Part shown: positions 9,001 to 21,000 of the stretch, piece by piece
Layout of the letters: each line of letters opens with the position of its first letter
How positions within the stretch are numbered: position 1 is the stretch's first letter
Virus record (IMG/VR): IMGVR_UViG_3300025083_000183
Coordinates: 1-27,151 of that record
DNA: 27,151 nucleotides
Strand: one strand, 5' to 3'
From: a virus
Taxonomy: Duplodnaviria; Caudoviricetes
The notes under the pieces: generated by a model
Database searches by the model: none
The model's input: the letters and a program-made list of their open reading frames with translations, nothing else
Told to the model about the DNA's origin: nothing
Program-made: the position numbers and the translations under genes

Positions 9001-12000
9001 TGAACCAAAAATGTTTGTTGACAGTTCTTATGCAACACCCCAGACAGTTATTCAAGGTCACGATGGGTCGATTACTGCTGCGTTTAATGACTACAGAGAT
9101 GACTTAATACTAGAACTTGAAAAAAGAATTTATAACAATTTAAAAGTACAGTATAACAGCAATTTAATTGATATACATAGTTTTATTCCAGGAGCAGCTA
9201 GAACAACCGGAATATCCTTTGATTCTATAAACAACACAATGTTAAAAGATTTTGCATCTTGGCTAAACACTGTTGGCAATGTTGATTATACTGATTCGAG
9301 TTTTTATAATAGAGAAGACAGATTTACTTATAACTATAGCTCAATGACGTCTCCAACTGGAACAATATTACCAGGCTACTGGCGAGCAATATATAATCAG
9401 GCTTATGATACTGATAGGCCGCATACTCATCCTTGGGAAATGTTAGGTTTTAATATTAAACCAAGTTGGTGGGAATCACAATATGGGCCTGCTCCTTATA
9501 CTAGTAATAATGATGTTATGTGGTCTGATTTAGAAAAAGGTATAATTAATGAGCCTAACAAAGCAAAAGTAATATTAAAAAAATACATTAGACCAAACTT
9601 AACTTTGAATTTACCAGTTAATGGACAAGGAGAGTTATTAAGTCCTTTAGATAGCGGCTATGCTCGTGACTATGTAAATGCTTTAACTCGTCAACCATTT
9701 AAGTTTGGTGACGAAGCTCCTGTTGAAACTGCTTGGAGGAAAAGTTCAGATTATCCTTTCTCGTTATTTAAATCTTGGATTTTAAATCAACCTTCAAAAA
9801 TTATAGGTTTAGGTTTTGATAGATTGCGCACAATTAGAAATAGTGCTGGACAGTTAGTTTATTCTCAAACTAACAAAAGACTGCGTCTTCAAGACTTAGT
9901 ATTTCCTAATAACTCAGCGCAAGAAACTACTAATCGTGTATATAGTTCTGGATTTATAAACTTTATTTCAAATTACCTTGCAAGTAATATTTTAGTTAAC
10001 TATCAAAATTATCAAAATAATATAAAAAGTATTACAAATCAAATGGCATTTAAAATAGGCGGATTCACTGATAAGTCTAAATTTAATTTAATACTTGATT
10101 CTAGAACACCTTTAAATGAAGGCAACGTTTTTATTCCAGAAGAAAATTATAATGTAACGTTACAAACAAGTAGTCCTATTGAAATTGTTACTTATAGCGG
10201 TGTTGTTGTAGAAAAAATATCATCAGGATATGTTATTAGAGGATATGATGTAACTAACCCTGCTTTTAAATATTATAAGTTTGATAAAAACGAAAAAGAC
10301 CCAATAGTCAGTGTTGGCGGCATTAGTGCTTCGTATATTCAATGGGCTGAAAGAAAACGGTATACTGAAAGTTCAATAGTTGAGTATAATAATGCTTATT
10401 ATAGAACTAAAGAAACACATACTAGTACTGGAAACTTTGATACATCTAAATTCGCTAGATTGCCTAGCTTGCCAGTTACTGGCGGAAGATCTGCAATATT
10501 TAGATCAAAGTTTGATAAAACTTTTGTACAACAATTACCATACGGATCTGTACTACCTGATAGTCAAGCTGTTGTAGACTTTTTGTTAGGATACGGCGAG
10601 CATCTATCAGATCAAGGTTTTGTTTTTAACAATTTTAATAGTAATTTAGAACAAATTGAAAATTGGAAATTAAGTTCAAAAGAATTTTTATTCTGGACTT
10701 TACAGAACTGGGATACCGGATCCTTACTTACAGTAAGCCCGTCAGCTCAGCGAATTGAGTTTAAACGTAGTGATGCAGTTGTTGATGACGTATTTGATAC
10801 ATTTTATGATTACGGACTTGTAAAGGCAGACGGAACTAAACTAAAATCAGAATTTTGTAATATTTTAAGAACTAACGACAATGAGTTTTTATTCACTGTT
10901 AAAAATACTGCTGACGGAATTTACGCAATAAAACTTCCATTAGTCCAGAAAGAACACGTAGTAATTTTAGATAATGAAACAGCGTTTAAGGACACTATTT
11001 ACGATCTAGAACCTGGTTATAGACAAGAAAGAATTCGTGTATTAGGATACAGAACTGCTGATTGGTCTGGTGGATTAAACATTCCAGGATTTATATACGA
11101 TCAGGCAGTAGTAACAGAATGGACACCTTGGAAAGATTATGCAATTGGTGACGTAGTTAAATACAAAGAATACTATTACACTGCAACTAAAAAAATAACT
11201 GGTAGCGAAGTATTTGTTTCTAAGAACTGGTATAGATTGGATGAAAAACCAACTCCAGGACTATTAACTAATTTAGAATACAAAACTAATCAGTTTGCAG
11301 ACTTCTACGATTTAGATACTGATAACTTTGATATTAGTCAGCAAGAAGTTGCACAGCATTTAATTGGTTATCAAAAGCGTGATTATCTAGCAAATATTAT
11401 TAATGACGATGTTAGTCAGTATAAATTTTATCAAGGTTTTATTGCTGATAAAGGTACTAAAAACGCATTGACTAAACTGTTTGATGCACTCGGCGCAGTA
11501 GATAAAGAAAGTTTAAACTTTTATGAAGAGTGGGCTGTTAGAACAGGACAGTACGGTGCAGCTGACGGATATGAAGAACTTGAATTTTTATTAGACGAAG
11601 AACAATTTAGATTAAGTCCTCAGCCAATATTATTAACAAGTATAATACCTGATGATGTTTCAGATTTAATATACCGTCAATTACCGTCTAGTGTATATGT
11701 TGCTCCTAAAGATTATAACGGAAATCCATTTCCAACAGCATATGTTGAAGAAACTCCAATTAAAACTGCTGGATATGTAAGAGAAGATGATGTTGATTTT
11801 ATTGTAACTAATAAAGATGAAATTTTAAATTTAGATATAACAGATTTTGACAGAAATGAATATGTTTGGGTAACATTTGAAGATCAAGAATGGAATGTAT
11901 ACAAACATATCGATACAAACTATACTATAATAGATGCAATACCTGATGGAAATGTTTGCACATTAGTTCTTGATAAAATAAGCAACTTTAAAGAAGGCGA

Positions 12001-15000
12001 CTTTATTGGAATACAAAATATTACTGATCTTAACGGATTTTATAAAGTATTAAGTAGTTCTGTAAATAGAATTGATATAGACTTAGGTGATGTAGCTTTT
12101 ACAGGTGTAGAAGAATCAGACGGCAGTACAGTAGGAATTTTAACAACATTTGTTTCCAATCGTGTTTCTAAATTAGAAGATGCAAATGAGTACGCACAAA
12201 GAGATGTTGCAACTAAAGAAAAGATTTGGATTGATAGTGCTGACGATAAAGGTAGATGGAATGTAATACAATCATCCCCTGCATACGATTTAGATGAAGA
12301 TGTTACAAATCCAACACAATCAAATACAAGTTTTGGTAAATCAATTGCTGCTGATACTACAAACACTTTTGTTGCTATTGGCTCTCCAGAAAATAGTGAA
12401 GGCAAAGTTCACGTATACAAGCGACAGCAAGATGGCAGTACAGTTTATGGAACACTGCAACCACACCAAACACTAGAACCAATTACAAACTTTGACAACG
12501 GCACAAGTAAGTTTGGATCTAGTGTTGCAATGAGTCCAGATGGAGAATATATTGTTGTTGGTGCTCCAGAGGCAACATATGTTAAAAGTGCATTTAAAGA
12601 CAACTTTACATTTACAAGTGATTATAAATTAGGTGCTATTGTACAATATGAAGGTGGATTATATAAATCAAGAAGAAGCGTAAAAGGTAATACTGATAAT
12701 ATAGTATTTGGTTCTTTTGACAGCGCAAGTCGCTGGCGCTCAGAACTATACAAAGTTCATAATTCTTATGCAGATTTCCCTACACTTGCAATAGGCGATT
12801 TACCATTAGCAGTGTCAACTGATCATATTTTAGTAAGAGCTCCAATTGATTCTTATGAAGGAAGTAATGTTGGAGACAAGTTGTATTTAGATTGGAATGA
12901 TTTATCAAATGCTTATGATAATAATTCTGGTGTTAATATTACTGGAATTGATATGACATCGCCAATGAAACTAATTACACAAACAGATCACGGTTTGTCT
13001 GATGCTGATACGATAATAATTACCGACGTACCAAATGATAACATTGTGTTACCAGATACTGGACAATTTGATAATAGTGATGTTAATGTTCCGTATGATA
13101 CTATTCAACAGCAAGGTGTTAAAGGCTTAGAAAACAGAACATATTTTGTTAAAGTTATTTCAGCACAGCAAATTGAGTTATACGAAGATTCTGCATTATT
13201 ACAAAGAGTAAATGCAAATATAGGATTTTCAGGACAGCCAATTGGAGCTGCTGCCGGAAACTTAAATTTAGGTGACGGCACTATACAGGGAACAATAAGA
13301 CAAATTGAAACTCCGTTTAGCAATATTACAGAACCTGGCGTTCCTTGGAAAACATTTTTAACGTCTGATGTTCATACTATTAGACGTAAGATTACTGATG
13401 TATTTTATGTTTTAGATCCTGTAAACATTCCTGATATTCCTGTAGAATTAACACTAGCAGGAAATCTTCCTAATGCTATAAATGTTGGTGATACTATAAG
13501 GCAAGAAAACAATACTGTTGTAGGAACAGTAAAACAAATTAATAATAACGTAATACAAGTTATAGATGTTTCGGGTATATTTAAGACTGGTGCCGACGGT
13601 GGCGGAAATATTACTTATACTAGCGGAGAAACGACAGTAGTAGCAAGCAATACTATACCTTCAGCAGTTACATCAATTGTTGATGAAGGCGTAAGAGTAA
13701 CTACTTCTACTGGTAACGCTACAGTTGTATATTCACGTAACGAACTAGGTAAACTTGTAATTTATGCTAACGATAAAAATGGTGTATTTGATGCAACAGG
13801 CGAATTGTTTATTAACGATCAATTTAAAATTGGTAATTATGAACGTCCATTGCACGACGAAATTGATAGAAGTAGTGTACTAGGCGGCTTCTGGGAAATA
13901 GCACTTCCGCAGTCAGTAACTACTACTAATAGTCATACAGATAATGCTTACGGATTAGTTATTAGAGATGTAAAAAATAATTATAATCCTAGCAACTATT
14001 CATCGCCGGACGCTACCTGGACTGAAAGTGCAGCACTATTACCGTACAAAAGTAGCTTACAAAATGCATTAGATAATCCTGTTCAAATACTTGTTGGTGT
14101 TGACCAACCATTCCAAAAAGAAGTTGACTTAATTAGAGTGTTAAGTCATAAAAGTCAAGGTGTTGCAGGAGTAGTTACTGAGACTGATGTGTTAGATTCA
14201 CGCTATGTTGTTAGAATACCTAAAGCAGTATCTGATAAAGCAACATCAGCATTTGCTAATGCGTCTACTCCTAATCCATATGTTGGTGTGTTCTTAAACG
14301 ATCTTCCATCATCTGATGGAAACACTCCAGACTTGACAAACAAAGGATTTGGTACAGATGTTTTCAATATTATAAATCAAACAAAAGTTCCAGTAGATTT
14401 ATGGGACGGATATATTGATTATGATGTGTTTGATCTAACTTTGGATTTAGAAGTTGGAGATATTATTAGAGAAGGCGAAACAGGCGCAACAGCAGAAGTA
14501 GTTTACTATCAACGTGACGGTGATCAAGTTAGAATTTATGTTAAAAATGTTGCAGGTACATTTACATTTGGTACTCGATATATAACAGGTGTAGCTCCAG
14601 CTTCTATGTTTATATACAAGCAAGTTGGTGCTGTTCTAACAAGAATTGGTACTACTGAATCAAGACAACTAGCCGACGACGACATAGGTAAATTAGCAGT
14701 ATTCCAACATACAGAAAACTTAACAATTCCGCCTACATTAACTTATGCAATTAATAGTGAGACTGATGAAATTGCAGACTATGAAGTAGAATTTATAACA
14801 GGTGTTGAATATCAAACTTGGATTGAAGAATTTAAACCAGGCACTTCGAGAGTTTCTCTAGTACCTAGTACAGAAAACAATGACTGGGCAGAAGTAAATA
14901 ATATTCCAATAAACGTTGGCAGAGATGCAAGTACAGTTGTTAGAGAAGGAGCATTCTTTGTATATAAACACAATAATGAAACTGATCAATATGATTTAGT

Positions 15001-18000
15001 TAATGGTTATATTTTACCTAACAGAGAAACTAATAGACAATTAGGTAAACAAGTAAAATTAATTAATAACGAAAATTTTTATAAGTTAGCAATTAACAGT
15101 AATGAGTCACACGCAAATGACGAAAAGCAAGAAGTAAGTTCTGCAGGTAAAGGAAGAATTTATTTTGTTATTAACGGTCAAGACGAGTTTGGCACATATG
15201 ATTGGGAACAAGGCCGTAACAAAAACTTTAAAGGAATTTATAGAAATACTTCGGCTTATTATGTTGACCAAATTGTAATTTATCAAGATTCTTTTTACAA
15301 AGCATTAACTAATTTAAACAATGAAGAATTTGATAGTTCTAAATGGCAACTAGTTAGTGATCACGCTGATTTTGTTGGATATGTTCCGAATACATCTGGG
15401 TTTGTATTCCCTGGAGACGACTCAAGTATAGTTAATTTAAACACTAGTGACTTTGGTACTGTATTTGATATAAGCGAATCAGGAAGTATTTTTGCAACTA
15501 TTGCAAAATACAGCGACGGAACTAGTAAATTAGTAATTTATCGCCTAAAAGACTCGCATTTTGAATATGTAACAGAATTTACTGCCCCAGCGACCAGTAC
15601 TGGATTTGGAAATGCTATTGCAGTATCTGATAATGGTAACTTAATTGCAGTTGGAGCATCTTCTACAAATACTGAGCAGTTAAAACAAGGACAAATTTTT
15701 GTATATAAAAATGTTAACGGAACATTTACTTTATCCCAAACATTAAACAGTCCTAATAAAGAACTTGCTGAAGGGTTTGGTTCTAGATTAGGATTTGACG
15801 GTAATCAGTTAGTAGTCACTGGCACTACTAGTGATATAGTTTTAGATACTACTTTTGATAGGTATCAAAATAAGAAACCTGGATCAACGTATGTTAATGA
15901 TCCAAGAAGTGCATTGCAGGTTGGAGAAACAGTATTTGACGGTGGCTTTACAACTTATGCAAGAAGAATTGAAGATAGTGGTCTTGTTTTCATATACGAA
16001 AATATAAATGACTCATTAATATTTGGTCAACGACTAACATATAATAATTTTGATGTTAAAGATTTTGGTGATAATATTCTTGTTAAAAATGACACTATTA
16101 TGATAGGATTACCAAACCTTAGTGTTGACGATACACTTTCTGGTAAAGTTGCTGTATATATTAAAGATGCAGATAGTAGTACTTGGAGTGTACTAAGAAG
16201 TCCAGTTGATCCTATAACAATGCAGAAATTTAGAGGATCGTTCCTTTATAATACTGTTGAAAACAAAATGTTAACAAGACTTGACATAATTGATCCTTTA
16301 CAAGGAAAGATTTCAGGAATTGCAGAACAAGAATTGTCTTATAAGACATATTACGATCCTGCAAGTTATAATGTAGGTTTTGCAAATACTAAAGAGAAGT
16401 TCATAGCCTGGAATGATCAAAACGTAGGAAAGTTATGGTGGGATTTAAGCACAGTAAAATTCCTAGACTACAGACAAGGTAAAATTACATTTGCACAAAA
16501 TATCTGGAATACATTAGCAAAAGGTGCTAGTGTAGATGTTTACGAATGGGTTGAATCAAAAATACTTCCAAGTGCTTGGGATAATCAAGCCGATACTAAT
16601 GAAGGCACTTCTAGAGGATATAGTGGACAGACAAAATACGGTGATAGCAAGTATGTTGAAAAAGACATATATGATAAAATTTCACAAACGTTTAGCAAGC
16701 GTTATTATTTCTGGGTTAAAAACAAAAAGATTGTTCCAAGTGTAGAAGGAAGAATACGCAGCGGTTTTGATATTGCAAATATTATTGCAGATCCTTCAGG
16801 ACAAAAATTAAAATTTGTTAATATACTTGGTAGCGATAGATTTATCCTTTATAACTGTAACAACTTAATTGAAAATAAAGAAACAGCAATCAATTTCCGT
16901 TATTGGACTATTGACAATCAAGATAATAATATTCATACAGAATATCAAATTATTACTGATGGGTTAGAAACAAGTCGACCTAAGAGCATAATTGAACAAA
17001 AATGGTTTGATAGTTTAGTTGGACAAGATTTATATCATAGACCAGTTCCTGATCCAACACTAAGTGTTAAGCAAAAATACGGTAATTTAAATAGACCTAG
17101 ACAGAGTTGGTTTGTTAATAGAGTTGAAGCACTAAAAGAAGTTATTGAAAGAGTTAACAGAGTATTAGAATCTCAGCTTGCTATTGATAATCTTAATCTT
17201 ACAAAATTATCTGAAAAAGATCCAGTCCCAACATTATTGTCAGGACAATATGATGAAGCAATCGATACTGAGGCTGAATTAAGACTAGTTGGTACGGTGC
17301 GAGCAACGCAAGCACAACTTGAAGCAGTAGTTGTAGACGGTACTGTAACTAAAATTAATATAGTTAATGCAGGTAGAGGATATCGTAATCCTCCTAATAT
17401 TATAGTTACTGGTACAGGCGAAGATTTAGAGTTACAAGTTGTTTTAAACAACATCGGAGCTATATCTAGCGTTAATATAATTGACGGCGGCACTAACTAC
17501 CAAGACAACATTACCCTTGCTGTACGACCCTTAACGGCGCTTGTACGTGCTGATTCTACGCTAGGGGGCATATGGTCATTATATGCTTGGGATAGTGTTA
17601 ATAGAAGTTGGACAGTATCTAAACAACAGTATTATGATGTATCTCAATATTGGGAATACAAAGATTGGTATGCTACAGGATACAGCGAGTTAACATCATT
17701 TGATTATTTAATAGACGATTATTATGAATTGAATGTTATTAATGATAGTATTGGCGATATTGTAAAAATATCTAATGTTGGTACCGGTGGTTGGATTCTA
17801 TTAGAAAAAATTATTAATATTGATACTCCGGATTATACAACAGGGTATAAGACAGTTGCTAGACAAAACGGAACTATTAAATTCTTAGAGAAAACTTATA
17901 CTTCTGAAGAAGGAAAAACAGAATTACGAAAAATATTAGAAACTATTAGAGATGACTTGTTTGTTGACGAACTAGCAAATGAATACAACCAGTTGTTCTT

Positions 18001-21000
18001 TGCAAGTTTGCGATATGTATTATCAGAACAAAATTATGCAGATTGGTTATTCAAAACTAGTTTTGTTAAAGCAAAACATAATGTTGGCCAATTAATTGAA
18101 AAAACAACATATCAAAATGATAACTTGCCTAGTTTTGAAGAATACACAAACGAAGTTAAACCATATAAAACTAAAATTAGAGAATATTTGTCTGCATATG
18201 AAAAAACAGATAATACACAGAGTGTTGTAACAGATTTTGAATTATCACCGTTCTTTAGTGTACAGTTAGGAAAAATAGTATCGCCACAAGTACAAATAAC
18301 TGACGGCGTACTATCGGGCATAAATTTTGACGAAACTGAATATCCGCAAAAGCATTGGATTGATAATTTTACATATGGCATAGATAAAATTATTGTAAAA
18401 GATGGCGGAACAGGATACACTGAAGCACCGTCGATAATTATTGCTGGAGGCGGCGGCACTGGCGCTAAAGCTAGAGCATTTATTGGTAGCGGAAGTGTTA
18501 CGTCGGTTGTTGTTACTGACCCAGGTAGTGGATATACAAGTACTCCAACAGTTACTATTATAGGAACACAAGCAGAAAATAGTAAACTTCCTACTGTTTC
18601 GGTAATACTTAAAAATCAAAAAGTTAGAACGTTTAATGTAAAACAAAAATTCGATAGAATTACACCAAATTTTGAATTATTTAATTTACCAGAGTCTGAA
18701 ACATTTACAAGCACTGGTACTGAATTAAAATTAGGTTTAAAATATCCAATGGATTTAACTAGATCTAATATTAGAGTATTTTTTAATAATGTTGAAGCAC
18801 TCAGTAGCGAATTTACTTATAATAATGAAGAAGTACTAGTTAGTGATAAATCTTATACAAAAGAAGTTGGATATATTTTATTAAACAGCAGTAAGATTGC
18901 AGGAACACTTATTAAAGTAGAATATAATAAAGGTTATGAACTTTTAAATGCTGCAGACAGAATTAGTTTGTTATACAATCCTGAAACAGGGCAGTATGGT
19001 AAAGACCTAGGACAGTTAATGGACGGAGTCGACTATGGCGGAGTAGAAGTACGTTCGTTTGAATTTGGGCAAGATGCAGGATTTGATTCACAACCTTGGT
19101 ATACGTCTGCTTGGGACACTTACGATGAAAACTTTGATGATGAAAGTTTTGTTACTGAAGGATTAACAACTTCATTTACATTAAGTAAACCGTTAGAAGA
19201 AGAGGCATTATATAATGTCTACGTAAACACTACACGAGTTGATGATCCAAATTATGATGGTAGTACAAAAACATATCTATCAGATGATGGGTCCACAATA
19301 CTTGCATTAGGAAATCCTAATGCAATGATGAAAACGCTTACTACTGAAAGCGACGAATATGAAGTAACTACTGATGCAAGCGGATTACCTGTTTATAAAG
19401 TTAATATACAAAATGTTGATGACTGGGAAGAATTTTTTGCTTCTGAAGGCACTCCAGCAGTACCGGCAGTACCGGCAGTAGTTGCAGATCCGGAATACAA
19501 CAATGGTGCAATTATTGATGTTACAGGCGATGGTAGTGATTTCTTCAAACGTGAAGTTACAACCAACGGTGTAAGAATTATGGGTGCTGGCACAGTAGGT
19601 GGACAAACAGCGGTTCCAGATGCGTGGTTAGAAAAAGTAGCACGTATGTTTGAATTATTCTTAGATCCAAATGGCGCAAGCATTAACGAAACGTATCAAA
19701 GAGCAATGATCCAAACACTAAGTGGTGATACAGGAACTTGGCACGAAGGGTTACCAACACTACAAAGAGTAGCTAGAGGTGCAGGAGCAGATTATACTCC
19801 AAACTTCTTAACTGACGCAGGCGTTATTAGTTGGAACCTAACAAACTTGTTTGATACTCACGTTGCTAACGATATGGTTTGGTACTTGAACTCAACTGGC
19901 GATGGCTACGGCGATGGTGATATAGACGCACAAGAAGTTATTGAACACGTATTCCACACGCTACATATGCACGGTCTAACAGACGACATAAAACTGTATT
20001 CTTATATTAGTGCAGATTGGGCAACTGGTCCTTTATATGCAGCAATGGAAGAAGCATTTGACGGCGGATTTTGGGATCCCACAGGTTATCAAGTAAATCC
20101 AGATGATTGGAAAACAGATTCAGAGGCATTTGAAGTAGCAGCAAAAGAGTATTTGTTCTTGCTAAACTTCAGTATGTTTGAATATACAGAATTATGGGAT
20201 GGCGGCAGTCTTGCTCCTGAGTGGGCAGATAGTGTGCGTACTCAAGCAGGAATTCAAGCAAATAACCCATTAGGTTATGCTTTCCATAACACATATATTG
20301 CTCCAGTTATTAGTAAGCCATCACTTGCTACTATTAGAAGCATATTTGGAGACGGCAATACACCAGCACAAGACGACCCAAGTTTGGCAGGTGTGTCAGG
20401 ATATGTTGTAGACATATTGTCAGCAGGATCACCAGAAATTCCTGCAATACCAGGCGTTGCTTCAGATCCAACTATTACTATTAGAAAATCAACAAGTGAC
20501 GGTAGTTTCCTACCAAGTGGCGCTGGTTTTGACAGTCTTATTGAAGGTGGTAACTTACAGTATGGTACTGCAACAGGATTAGATGCAGGAGACATTAATA
20601 TTGATGGTGATGGATTTGTTACTCCGACAACATCAAAAGGACCGGAAGAACTAGTTCCGGGACAATTACACGATACACTGGACTTAAAAGTCTATGACAG
20701 AGCAGCAGCTGGCGGCAGCGCAATATCAACTCGAAATTATGTTGCAACAGAATCACAAAAAATATTTGCTCTTGATATTCTACCACATAACATTTACTCA
20801 CTGTTAGTAAAAGTAAACGGAGCGTTACTTGTTGAAACTGATTATGTAATTGATTATAACTTAAAAATTGTTACTCTTAATACTGGACTAACTTTAGGAG
20901 ATAGAGTAAACATAATTTCAATGGCAGGAAACGGAGAAAGAATACTTGATATAGATTACTTCACTGGCGACGGAAATACTAAAATATTTGTAACTAATGT

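Noticed and set aside
19451-20470. The inserted cassette as an intein, intron or homing endonuclease
   Set aside because: There is no C/S...HN-C/S/T splice junction, no LAGLIDADG, HNH or GIY-YIG motif and no frame break. It is flanked by Pro-rich linkers instead.
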